Assembly: GCF_009914755.1 (NCBI RefSeq)
Contig: NC_060940.1
Length of the DNA stretch: 64,000 nucleotides
Direction: 5' to 3' (one strand)
Source of the DNA: the human T2T-CHM13v2.0 reference genome, Homo sapiens
Shown here: piece after piece, positions 13,748-25,900 of the stretch
How positions within the stretch are numbered: the first letter of the stretch is position 1
How the letters are laid out: every line of letters starts with the position of its first letter
Notes under the pieces: generated by a model
What the model saw: only the letters and a program-made list of their open reading frames with translations
Databases searched by the model: none
What the model was told of the DNA's origin: nothing
Program-made: the position numbers and the translations under genes

Positions 13748-14868
13748 GACAGAGACACCCACGCAGCGGGGGAGAGGACAGACGTCCGGAACTGGGTAGA
13801 GATGGGCCGTGGGTGGGATCTGCTGGGGACACAGACCCACGCAGCAGGGGAGAGGACAGACGTCCGGAACTGGGTAGAGATGGGCCGTGGGTGGGATTTG
13901 CTGGGGACAGAGACCTATGCAGTGGAGGAGAGGACAGACGTCCGGAACTGGGTAGAGATGGGCCGTGGGTGGGATCTGCTGGGGACACAGACCCACGCAG
14001 CAGGGGAGAGGACAGACGTCCGGAACTGGGTAGAGACGGGCCTGCCGTGGGTGGGATCTGCTGGGGACACAGACCCACGCAGCAGGGGAGAGGACAGACG
14101 TCCGGAACTGGGTAGAGACGGGCCTGCCGTGGGTGGGATCTGCTGGGGACACAGACCCACGCAGCAGGGGAGAGGACAGACGTCCGGAACTGGGTAGAGA
14201 TGGGCCGTGGGTGGGATTTGCTGGGGACAGAGACCTATGCAGTGGAGGAGAGGACAGACGTCCGGAACTGGGTAGAGATGGGCCTGCCGTGGGTGCGATC
14301 TGCTGGGGACACAGACCCACGCAGCAGGGGAGAGGACAGACGTCCGGAACTGGGTAGAGATGGGCCGTGGGTGGGATCTGCTGGGGACACAGACCCACGC
14401 AGCAGGGGAGAGGACAGACGTCCGGAACTGGGTAGAGACGGGCCTGCCGTGGGTGGGATCTGCTGGGGACACAGACCCACGCAGCAGGGAAGAGGACAGA
14501 CGTCTGGAACTGGGTAGAGATGGGCCTGCCGTGGGTGCGATCTGCTGGGGACACAGACCCACGCAGCAGGGGAGAGGACAGACGTCCGGAACTGGGTAGA
14601 GATGGGCCGTGGGTGGGATCTGCTGGGGACACAGACCCACGCAGCAGGGGAGAGGACAGACGTCCGGAACTGGGTAGAGACGGGCCTGCCGTGGGTGGGA
14701 TCTGCTGGGGACACAGACCCACGCAGCAGGGAAGAGGACAGACGTCCGGAACTGGGTAGAGATGGGCCGTGGGTGGGATTTGCTGGGGACACAGACCCAC
14801 GCAGCGGGGGAGAGGACAGATGTCTGGAACTGGGTAGAGATGGGCCTGCCATGGGTGGGATCTGCTGG
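13748..14868. repeat. VNTR, 14 copies of 78/82-bp units
   Basis: gacgtccggaac anchor at 13781, 13859, 13937, 14015, 14097, 14179, 14257, 14339, 14417, 14499, 14581, 14659, 14741, 14819. Confidence 0.97.
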
Positions 14869-15771
14869 GGAGGGGAGCGTTCGCATGGTGTGGGGGGCTG
14901 GACAGCCACTCTCTCCGGGACCACAGCTTTCTGGGCTGGGGCAGGACAAGGCCACTCATGCCCCACTTGCCCTTCTGAGGTTCAGCCAAATGAGGCTCCC
15001 ACCCCCATGACTCACAAGGCAGCTGGGAGCTCCGGCACTACCCGTGGGGATGGTCAGGACTCTAGGGGCCTTGGGGGGTGTGGGCCACTCCACCGTCAGC
15101 CCCAGCCCCATCCCCAGCCACAGCCTGTCTTTGGAGGGTGCTGACTGGGGGCCATTGCAGCTTATGGATCCCTGTGAAAGCCTGAACATCGGGAGCAGCC
15201 TGGTGACCTCTGCTCTCTGGTTCCCCCAACAGTGCTGTCCCACGTCCCCACCCCTGTGGCCAGCTCCGCCCACTCAGCCTCAGCCTTGCTGGGGCCTGGC
15301 CCGACCTCAGGAGTCCCTGCTGGCCTGGCCACCCTTGTGCCTTCGCCTCAGCCATCGGGGAGGCTCGGGTGGTCTCAGGGCCAACGCCAGGTGAGACCTC
15401 AGGTGAGCTGCCCCCCACCTTCCCAGTGCTCAGGGCCAGGGGAAGGGTGGTGGGCATGGACCACACTTGCAGCCCCCCCCTGGGGCATGCCTGGCCGCTG
15501 GCCTCCCTGATCCCTGCCCGGGTTGGGGCTCCAAGGGCAGGAAGTCAAGGCGTCCACGCTTGGTGACAGTGCTGGGCCGGCCTGGAGGGGGCAGGCATGT
15601 CCAGCATGGAGACGGAAGCAGGGAAGAGCCCATCGTCCCCTCCCAGCTCTGCCCTGAACACCCTCCAGCAATCGGAGGAGCCCGCTGCCCTTCCCCCACC
15701 CGCCTCCACTGGCATCCCTGGAGCCACACTGCCCCCTGCCGGGGCTGGCGGGTGTGATGGGCCACCAGGCC

Positions 15772-15832
15772 ACCAGCCCTGACCCCGCCAGTCCTGACCC
15801 CGCCAGCCCTGAGCCCGCCAGTCCTGAGCCCA
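15772..15832. repeat. 15-bp tandem repeat x4
   Basis: cag(c/t)cctga(c/g)cccgc repeated. Confidence 0.8.
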
Positions 15833-18800
15833 CCCGAGCTCTTACGGCTGCACCTTGAGCCAGTGCCTGGTTGGCTCCTCTGTCACTGTGGGGAGATGGG
15901 ACGCAAAACCAGTGTCAGGCTGGCTGGGCAGGACAGGACCCCACTTCCCCAGGTCAGGGACAGGCCTGAGGGAGCCCCAGACAGGCCCGCCACCCCCTGA
16001 CCCCTCTGTGCCCAACTCCCCGTAGAGCCAGGACTGACCGTCAGGCTCCAGGGACCTGCTGTCCCCAGGTCCTCAGGAGGGCCAGCACCACCCCGCCCCC
16101 ACCAGCAGCCCCTCCTGTCTAACATGTCCGTCTGTCTGTCTGTCTGTCTGTCCGTGTGTTTTGAATGCCCAAGATGTTTTAAACAGACTTCTCGAATATT
16201 CTTTTCATGTGTGTTGCAGGGGGGGTCAGGGGCTTCTGAACAAAAACGGCACCCCCATACCTGATGGGGCTCCTCTGAGCCCACCTGGACTGACCCCCTG
16301 TGGCCGCCAGGGGCAGCTGGTGGCCTGCCTGAATGTGGGGGCAGTGTCACCCCTGAGCCCAGAGAGCCGGAGCACAGCGGGGTCCAGGATGGCCCCAGCT
16401 ACAGACACTGCCTGGCTTCCTCCACACCCCGAGATCCAGCTGCGTCTCCTCTGTCCCGGGGAAACTTACGGGAAACTTATGGGCGGAAGTCCCTCTGCAG
16501 GGCCCACTACCCAGAGCCAGCCACATGCACTCAGGCCAGGGCTCAGGGGCCGTGGGGGCTGGTGGCCCCAGCCCTTCTGGATCCACTCCCCACCCCTCAC
16601 TCACTCCGTGGGGACCTTCATCTGCCTAGATGGGCTGGTCTGTGCTCTGACGGCCCCAGGACTGGGTGTCGGCCTCACCCCAGCGCCCTGGCGGCCTCCC
16701 GGCCAGAGTAGAATGTTGGAAGGGCATGGCCCATGGCCGACGCCAGGCTCCCGGCCAGGGCCCACCTGTGTTTGTCTCCTCACCCCGGCCTCCTCCAGCC
16801 TCAGGCCCTGCCTGTCAGACAGGGGCACTTGCCCAGGGGCTCCTCAGGGAGCAGTTGGTACCTGCAGAGCAAGCCCCCAGAGCCCCGGCCACAGGCACCC
16901 CAGCCTCAGGTCAGGTCTGGAATGGACACAGCCCCCAGACCAAGACCAGGGCCTCCTCACCCCGGGGTCCCCTCCCTTGGTGTCGGGTGTCACCCAAACT
17001 CCCTGGACGTCACCCTTCTGCCCTCCACGCCCCACACCCTGGGTAGGAGCCGCCTTCACAGCTGCTAACCCCTGCCCTCCAGCCCCCACTGCCTCTTCGG
17101 TAACGGGGCTGTGACTGGCCTAAGCCCTGGGCCTCCACAGGGCCCCTGTCCAGCCCACCTTGCTCAACCGCAGCGTTCCGCATCACGCCTGCCCCTTAGT
17201 GGTTGGGGTGTGCATGTATATTTATACACTGTAATTACATAAATACAATTTAATAATCAAGGGTCAAGTGCCGTTACTGCACTGTGCAATTACAGAATCA
17301 CTCCAGAGCAGACACCATGGCATCTCAGCTGAAAACCGGCACCCGCCTGCATCTATCATGAGAAAGTTGGAAATTCCTTAGCCCAGCCTCGACCACTGCC
17401 TGCGGTGTTGGGAGGAGTGGCCAAGGGCTGGGGGTGGGGGGACCTCTGGGACATCCAAGACTGCAAGGCTCCTGGGGGATCCGGGACCCTGTTTGTTGTC
17501 CCCCCGTTCCTCATACTGGGGAGAGGAAATAGGATGGGAACTGAGGCTGTGGACCAGGGAGCCCCCTCTACATCTTGGCCGGCCCACCCCCACCTCATGC
17601 CCATGAGGTGCGTCCCCCGAGGTGGAGAGTTGAGGTGTGCAAGGCAGAGGGCAGGAGTGATGGGGGTGAGTCCCAAAGGCTCAGGACTGCAGACTCTGGA
17701 AAAAGGAGGAGAAGGCCCAGAGTGGGGTCCTAGCTGGAGGCTTGGGGTGCTGAGGGAGGGTCCGGCGTCTCCAGGTCCACCAGGAAAGGGAAGGGCTCTT
17801 CTAGGGCTGATGGTCCTGCAGCCGAAAATGTACCCCTGCCCCCACTGCACAGGACCTCCAGACTCAGGGTACCCAGCCCTTCCCTGCCACCTACCTCTGA
17901 CACAAGGAGAAACTGAGGCACGGGGGAGAACCTCCAGCCCAAGGCTCCGAGCTGGGACTGGACCCAGGCTCCTGCCTCCTGACCTTCCTGCTGCCCTGGG
18001 AGCATGTGGAGCGGGGTCCCTCGCGGGGGCACCTGCCCCTGGGGGATAGCCCGCCAGCCAGGGAGCACACCCTCCCGCAGTGGTTAAGCCGGCTGCTTCC
18101 CTGGCCCCGCCCTGCATTTGGGGCTCACCCAGGACCTGGCCCAGCTTAGCCTTTCCCTTAGAGACCCCCACATCCCATGGAGGAGGGATTTGGCCTCCAT
18201 TTCTCCCCGAGGTGGGTGGGAGGCAGGTGGCTGAAGCGAGGTGGGTGCAGGGTGGAAGCGGAGAGGAGCTGGGGTTGGCAGACCGCAGCCTCCCCAGACC
18301 TCTTTCTGGGGGGAGGGCGAGCACTTCTACCTCACCCCTGCACTAGTCCCGTGAGGATGAAAACCAAAAGCACTCAGAGGGCTTCTCCACCCCTATTTTG
18401 AGGTCACTGACCACAGAGGCAGGATGGTGGTCCCCAACAGGCTACACCCAGCCCCAGAGGCCTCCCAGTCTGGAGATGGACTCCCTGCCCTCTCTCATCT
18501 TGGAGCAGTGAGCGCTAGGGACAGTCCTGGCCTGAGCCTCCCGGGCAGCCTGGCCTCCTTTCAAGCAGGCCAAGTGCACAGATGCTGCCTGCACCTGCAC
18601 AGCCACCCGCCGTCAACAGGAGAGCAGAGGTACCGGGTCTGCTCCCATCACAGAGAGGAATGGGCTCCCCGGCCCGGCCCTGGGCTGGTCGGCAACCCCC
18701 ACTCCCCACCCTGCCTGCTCAAAAGAAAGGATCCTCCTGCCTCCAGCCCCCTCCACCCCCTCTCCAGGACCTTCCTGACCGTGCGCTGGGCCTGTGCAGG

Positions 18801-19429
18801 TGTTGAGCCACACCCACACCATCCCAGGGGGCGGGGTCTCGAAGGGGAGAACAGGTGCCACAGTCAACAGGAGGGAGGGCTTCTGGCCGAGGTGGCAAGG
18901 AGGCTCCAGGAGGCGGCAGCGTTGACCTTGGGTGTTGAGGGATGATGAGAAGGAGTTCTGTAGGAAGGAAGGTGCTCCAGGCAGGGGCCCTCGGGGAACA
19001 AGGGGATGCTGGAGGAGGTGCGTGGACTGGGGGAATTGGGGGTGTCCTACGAGCCACGCTGGTATCAGAGGCGTGTGAACCAGAGCAGTTCCATACTGAA
19101 TAAGAGCTGGGCAAAATGAGGTCGCGAGGAGGTGCGTGGAAGGCGGGCCTAGCGTTCAGTGGGATGCGGGGAGGCGCAGGAGACGCAGCCAGAGAGGCGA
19201 GGGGCCCAAGGAAGTGCTCAAGAGGTGTCCCCCGGCAGGGACTACAATGCAGATTCCCTGGAGCAGGGGCGAGCCGGGCCCAAGGAGCAGGAAATGAAGA
19301 AGCCAGGAATCCCAGCTGGTCCCTGACCCGGACGCACCCACCCTGCCTTCCCCACAGCCTGGCCTCTGGCTCTGCTCCCAACGCAGCAAGCCGGGGTATC
19401 TCCGACCTAGCCCTGGCCCTGCCCGCCGG

Positions 19430-19953
19430 AACCCCGCAAAAGCTATCACTCAGCCCTCGGCCCCGCCCCGGCCCCGCCCCGGCCCCACCCCGGCCCCACC
19501 CCGCACTCTCACAAGGTGTCACTCAGCCCTCGGCCCCGCCCCGCCCGCCCCATCCTCCTCTGGCTCCGCCCCACCAGCCTCGTGCGGTCACCGCCCCGCC
19601 GGCGCACCTGCGCTGTCACTCAGCCCTCGGCCCCGGCCCCGCCCCGCCTGCCCCACTCGCACACGGGCTATCACTCAGCCTGCGGCCCCGCCCTAGCTCG
19701 CCAGAGGCTCCGCCCCACCCGCCTGCCCACACGCTGTCACTCAGCCTTAGCCCTGCCCAGGCCGGCCCTCGGCCCGTCAGAGGCCTCCTTCGTGCTGTCA
19801 CTCAGCCCTTGCCCCGCCCCCTCCCCGCCCCCCTCACACGTGCTGTCTCTGTCTCTGGCCCTGGCCCGCCCCGCGCACTTGCGCTGTCACTCAGCCTGGA
19901 CGCGCTTCTTCGGGTCGCGGGTGCACTCCGGCCCGGCTCCCGCCTCGGCCCCG
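19430..19953 (+). promoter_or_regulatory. CDH15: CDH15 CpG-island promoter/5' UTR made of degenerate repeated modules (TGTCACTCAGCC x7, GC boxes, E-boxes)
   Basis: TCACTCAGCC at 19446, 19519, 19616, 19671, 19737, 19798, 19887; many CCCCGCCC; lies directly upstream of the ATG at 19954. Confidence 0.85.
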
Positions 19954-19995
19954 ATGGACGCCGCGTTCCTCCTCGTCCTCGGGCTGTTGGCCCAG
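19954..19995 (+). CDS. CDH15: CDH15 exon 1 (signal peptide MDAAFLLVLGLLAQ)
   Basis: ccgATGG start; donor CAG|GTAAGG. Confidence 0.97.
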
Positions 19996-22900
19996 GTAAG
20001 GCATCGGCACCTGCGGGGGTCCCCGCTGCCTCCCTCGACGCTGCGGGACAGTGTCTTCAACTGCAGCCGCACAGGTCTCCCCCAGAACCACTGGCCCTGG
20101 TCGCCTTTGGGGGCCTGTGAGCGGAGTGGCTCCGGGTGGGTCCCTGGGCTGGGGGCAGCACCCCAGGGGTTGTGGGGAGTGAGTGTAACCAAACACTCCA
20201 TCTGGTGGAATCACCCCCAGGACTGCAGAGTGCTGCTGGGGTCAGGGACCCCAGGCAGGGGCCACCCAGGTAGCCGTGCCCTCTCTTTGGAGGAACCGCT
20301 GCCGGGGTCTGGGGGTTGCCAGTCTTGAGTGGAGCAGAGAGAGGGGGGAGCGGCAGGAGTGCCCCTCTCTGGGGGGCTGGGGGCCAGGTTTCTATAGGGA
20401 CTCCCTGCGGTGGGCACAGGACCCCTGGCTAGTCTTGGGTGATGTCCAAACCCCCCACCCCAAGTTCCTGGCCAGCAGGGGTGGCTGCAGGCCCTGCCCC
20501 CAGGAACTCACCCTCACGGCTACTTCTCGATTGGGAGGGCCCAGCCCGAGCCAGGTCGCAACACACGGCCTTGCAGAGTGGCGTGTGGCAGCCCTGGGGG
20601 CTCTGTTCCTGGGCTTCACCTGGGACCCTGCCGCAGCTGCCTGGGGTGATCAGGCCTGGGGGCCCAGCCCCCAGAGGCTGCTGGACTCTGCCCCTAAAAA
20701 TCTTGTCTGGACTGCTGGCACCGTGGTCTCTCCAACGTGGGAGCAAGCCAGTGTGGAAGGAAGCCCAGGCCTCAGCCCCCCACACCCGACATGGGTACTG
20801 CCTAGCTGGAGCCACGTCTCCTCACACCCTAGGGGGACCTAGACATGGAGGATGTGGCCTCAGTGGCTTCAGCCCCCAGGGACTGGGCTGGGCTGGGGCA
20901 TGGCCGGCTGTGGTTGGGACGTCACTGGGTACAAGAGGGCAGCCTCTCTCTGGCCAATTCGAGAGAGAATGCACATAAAGGGCTTAGCGGTGCTCACAGT
21001 ATTCATTGCTCTTGTGGTCCTGGGGTGGTCAGGGAGTGCTGGACACAGTGAGTAAGGGAAGCCACTCCTTTCCCAGCCCCCACTGAAGGGGCTTCCTGAG
21101 TCCCCTCATTCCCACAGGCCTCCCAGCTCCAGCTGGCTCCAATTTCAGCCCCTGGCAGCTGACCAGGCGCCTGGCCAGCCAGACCCTCCAGCAGCTGCCC
21201 CTGAGGGCACCACGGCTCCTGCCACCCCCGACTCCCCCATCTGGAGACAGTGGTGGGGGGAGACAGTGGCTCAGCATGCGTGCTCACCCCCCGGCCCTCC
21301 ACCCCTCAGCCCTCTGCCGGGGAGCGCAGGCTGGGGGGCTCCATGCCTCCAGGGCCCTTCCCCACCTGCTCTGGGGACAGGGTTTCTTCCCTGGCACCCC
21401 AACCCAGGGCATGGTGGTGGGGAGGCTGGCGCCTGTGAAAACATTCCTCCAGACCTCTTCCTTTGGATTTGGGAGTGTCTGCCTTTCAAAAGGCCCCAGG
21501 GGGCTCTGTGGCAGGTGGGGAGGCAGGCAGGACCTCTCCCTCCTCAGAAGCCTTCCCTCTCACTGTCCCTTCTTTTCTCGCCCAGGGCTGGGGGACAATA
21601 ACCCCCTCCCCCGACAGCTGGAGGCTGGGGGAGGTGGTGGAGGTGGGGGCCAGATGGCAAGGGGACTATCGCCAAGGCTCAAATTCACTCCACTGTGAGG
21701 CAAAATATGTCAGTGTCAGGACCCTGCCTGCCCCTCCCCCAGCAGCTCAGCTTTCAGGACTGTGAGCTCTCCTGGGCAGCCTTGGGGTCCTGGGCCGCCT
21801 CCTGGTGAGCCCCCAGGCAGGCAGCGTGGGCCCATCAGGGCCTTCTACAAGTGAGGGGTTGCTCCCCTGCTCGGGCCACCTCTGATTGCTGAGCTCACTC
21901 AGCCCCACCCGGAGGGTGTCTTCAGAACTGGCCCCTCTCAGCCCTGCTGCACCTACACCATCCCTAGTTGCTGGTTCTACACCTGGGACCCCACCCCAGC
22001 TGGGAGGCGGCTGAGGTCTGGGGCAGCACACTTGACTCACAGAGAACCCCAGCCTGCTGGGAAGGTCCCCACTTCTGCATCTGGGTTTTGGGAGCCCCTT
22101 GGTCTCTGGGAGACAGTCAGCAGCACCCTGGGGGCCAGGCAGGGGCTCTTAGCTCGGGTGACTGTGACCAAGGCCAAGAAGGGAAGTGGCTCCCAGGCCA
22201 CTGTTCTTCCCACAGTGGAAGGACAGCCCCAGACACCGTGCTTTGGAGGGGACAGCTGCCTCCATGCCTCTTCTTCCACATCCCTTCTCTGAAGCCCGCA
22301 GCAGCTAGAGAGGGTGGGGCCCAGGGAAGATGCTCCAGCCGCTCTGGGCCAGGCCAACAGCTGGGGCCATTCCTGGCATGCCTGGCCATCCAGGAACGGG
22401 GTGGCCCCAGATTCCAGCCTGGGGGAGGGGTTGAAGCCTGAGAAGCTTGAGGGGCCTTCGCACTCTCTTCCCAGGCAAACCCACCCACACGCCACCAAGC
22501 GTGTTCCTAGAATCTCGTAGCACCCTTCCTTGGAAAACCGGGGGAGCAGGAGTGCAAGGTCGGCCCCAGAACCGCTCCTCGTTCCCGTCTCGCAGTGGTG
22601 TTCGTAAACCCCATTCCCACCTCGCAGTGGTGTTTGTAGACTGCAGCAAGCGCCCAGTGTGTGCAGAGCTTTCTTACACAGCAGCCCCTTGGGGTTGAGT
22701 GTCAGGCTAGGAGCAGACCTCAAGAGAGGCGTTAAGTCCCAGGAGCTTGGCTGCAGGGCGGTGGCCCCAGACGTCTCAAGGGCTTCGAGGTGGTTCCCTC
22801 CAGGCTCTTGGCTAAGGGTCCAGTCGAGGATGAGCTTGAGGGTGTCATTGGGGACCCCCTGTGGGGAAGCAGGTCACTAATGTCCATGGGTCTTGCCTGG

Positions 22901-25900
22901 CTTGGGTGGGGGACAGAGAGGAGTGGACGAGTGTCCACAAAATCCACCTCCCAGGGTGCTTGCGTCCCCTACCCCAGGTGCAGGGCTGTGGGCTGGCTGC
23001 GTTGATGTGGCTTTGTCCTGGGCACCGGATGTCCCGATCTCCCCAGGACGGCTCCCAGGCCCTCCCTCCACTGGCCACGTCTTCTGGGACGGGGATGGGG
23101 TGGGAGGACAAAGAGCCAGCTTTGAGAATGCCCCCGAGAGCCGGAAGTGGGCCGTGGCCAGCCTGCTCACCCACACCCACATTGGCCGTGATCTGGGCAA
23201 GTGAGCCCTGCCAAGGCTCTGTGGCTGCTGTGACCTGGTGAACTCAGGCTGTGGACAGGCCTGGGCCCAGGACTCCCAGCCTCTGGCTTGACCACACCCG
23301 GCCCAGCGTGACTGGAGGGTCTCCGGTGGAGGCAGCTGGAGGGTGGGTGAACAGGGCTGGCCCAGGTTTGGTGGCAGCTGGGCAGGGAGGGGATGGAAAC
23401 GTCTGCCCGGGTGGGGGTGGCCCCTCCACCTCAGCCGTGTGGGGTTCCTAGAGCCTGGGGTCTCCCTGCCCCATGCCCATGCCTAGCCCAAGGCCGGTGT
23501 GGCTCTGTGGCTGGATTTCCTTCAGAGCATGCGGTTCAGAGCCTAATCTGGGTCTCAGACCCCACGTGACTCCTGGCTCTGTCTGTGTGGCTTTGAGCAA
23601 ATGCCTCAGGCTCTCTGAACCTCACTGCCCAGAGCTGGGAGGTGAAGGGACCACCACAGGCTCCCGGGGGGTTGGGAGGACCAAAGGGGAGGGGGAGAGG
23701 GAGGTGCAAAGCTGCCCAGCCACGGCCGGAAACAGACCCTGTGCCCACCGAGGCTGATGAAGGCCCCATGCTGGGCAGGCAGGTTTCCACTTGGCAGGAG
23801 CTGCCCTGCCCTGGAAGTGGCTTGTGCTCTGTGGGTGCTGGCAGGCTCCGAGGCCAGGGCCGCCATCTGTCAGCTGGCAGAGAGCTTCCCCGGCAGGGTC
23901 CCCTGCCTGGGAGCCTGAGGAACCCCCACCCCATCCTCTCCCTGCTTCCTGCCAAAGCGTTTGCTACTCTCTGGACTCCCAGGAGGCCATGGAGGAGGGG
24001 ACTCAGGTCCTGCTGGCCGAGGACCAAGAACCCCAGGGAAGGTGGCCATGGTTTGGAGGCTGCTGCCGCTGCCTGTGGGGACCTCTGTGTGCTGGGCCAG
24101 CCCTGGGCACAGGACACAGTCAGAGCGAGAGGCCCCAGTGCCCCATCTCAGGGTGGGCAGATGGGCAGCCTGGGCCTTGCTCGTCCACACAGGGTAAGCG
24201 GCCGGTGGTGGAGGACAGAGGCCAAGCCTAATGGGGGTTCGGCCTGACAGGCTTCCTGGCCATGCCAACATCTCCTTCCCGGCCCCCGCCCACTCAGACT
24301 TACCAGCCCCCAACCGCTGCCTCCTCTCAAGGCCACATGCCCCCACGTCCCGGCCCCTGCCTAGACTGAAGTCTCGGCAAAGCCAGCAGGAGCAGGCGGC
24401 ACTGGAGGGTGAGGCATTGGCACGGGGCTGAGGAGAGCGGGCAGCCTCGGAGCCAGCAGGGGCGTGGTGGTCAGAGTAGCTGTCGACACCTGTGGTTTTG
24501 CAGGGGGAGGGGCGGCCCAGCTGGCCCAGCTCTGACCCCCCGGTTCTCGGTGCTCCATTTCATGGGGCCCCACCCTGCCTGGAGCAGGTGCCCCCTTCCA
24601 GCGGGGAGCTGGGTGAGGCCTCCCACGCAGGGTCCCGCTCACCAGGGCCGACTCGGTGCTCCCTCCGCTCGCACAATGTGGGGAGCTGTTCTAGGTGTTG
24701 GTGTGGCGTGGCCGGCACACCTCTGTAGTAGGCACAGGACCTGGTGCCGGCTGGGGAGTCCCGTGAGCCTCCCTAGACCCCAGCCCACCTGCTGTCCAGA
24801 TGAAGGAGCTCAGGAGCAGGCCGCGAAGACGGTGATGTGGAGATGGGGAAGGAGCTCAGGAGCAGGCCGCGAAGATGGTGATATTAAGATGGGGGCCCTG
24901 TCTGAAAGGGGAGCTGAGGAGTTTGTGTGTGGTGGGTGATGTTTGGGGCCTGCTCTGCTCCCAGACTCCCCATCGCCTGCCTGGGACCCCCAGCACCTCC
25001 CACCCGTCCCCCTGCCCGACATGGCAGCCCAGCAGCCTGAGGGCTTGTCCTGGGTGGGGGTGCCCCAGAGAGCATGGCCCGGGGTAGGGGGTCTCTGTCC
25101 CCTCCCAGCCGGGTGGTGCAGGAGGCTGCCCCGTCTCTGCGTTAGGGTCTGTTCCTTGGGGAGCTGCTGCCACCCCCACCACAACCCTGGCCACAGGGTC
25201 CTGGAAGCCTCCCACCCTGCCCACCCCAACTCAGCATCTTCCTCTGTAGCCCCTGTCACTGGGACGATGCAGACGCCACACCCTCACTACACGTGGTACC
25301 GGTGGGGGGCGGGAAGGGCCTCGGGTCTCTCACCCCCACAGCCCTGCAGTGGGGGGCTGGGAAGGTCGGGGTACCCTCGCCAAGGCTGATTGGGGCTGTG
25401 AGCGCTGGGCATGTGGGGCTGGGTGCTGGCCACACATGGGGCCTTAACCACAATGAGGTGAAAGGGGAACACAGCTCCTCACTTTTGCCAGGCACATTTC
25501 AAGGGCTCAGCAGCCCCATGTGGCCTGTGGGTCTTGGATGGTGAATATCTAGAACATTCTGGCAGCTAGGAGAGCGCTGTTGGGTGGGAGGGGGCCTCCA
25601 GGGAGGAGGGTCACCCGAGAGAAAGGCCGGGAGCCTGGCGACCCCCAGGACTAGGGAGGCACAGACAGCTCCTAGCCAGGCCCGGGGCACAGGGGACGGG
25701 GAGAGGGCACAGGGGATGGGAGAGGGCAGCCCTGTTTCCTCCTCCCTCATCTCCCTCTCCCCTGCCTCTCCCCCAGCCCTGGCCCCTGCTGCCCTCACCG
25801 AGTTCAGGCAGACTCTGTGCCCCAACGAGCTGCACCAGGCATCAGCCTGACCGGGGAGCTCGAGGGTGACCCCCATGTCCGTGCCGAGCCGAGTGGGGTC

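Noticed and set aside
13694-14989. 431- and 346-aa minus-strand repetitive ORFs
   Set aside because: Products of the 78/82-bp VNTR; mixed unit lengths shift frame and there is no coding signature.
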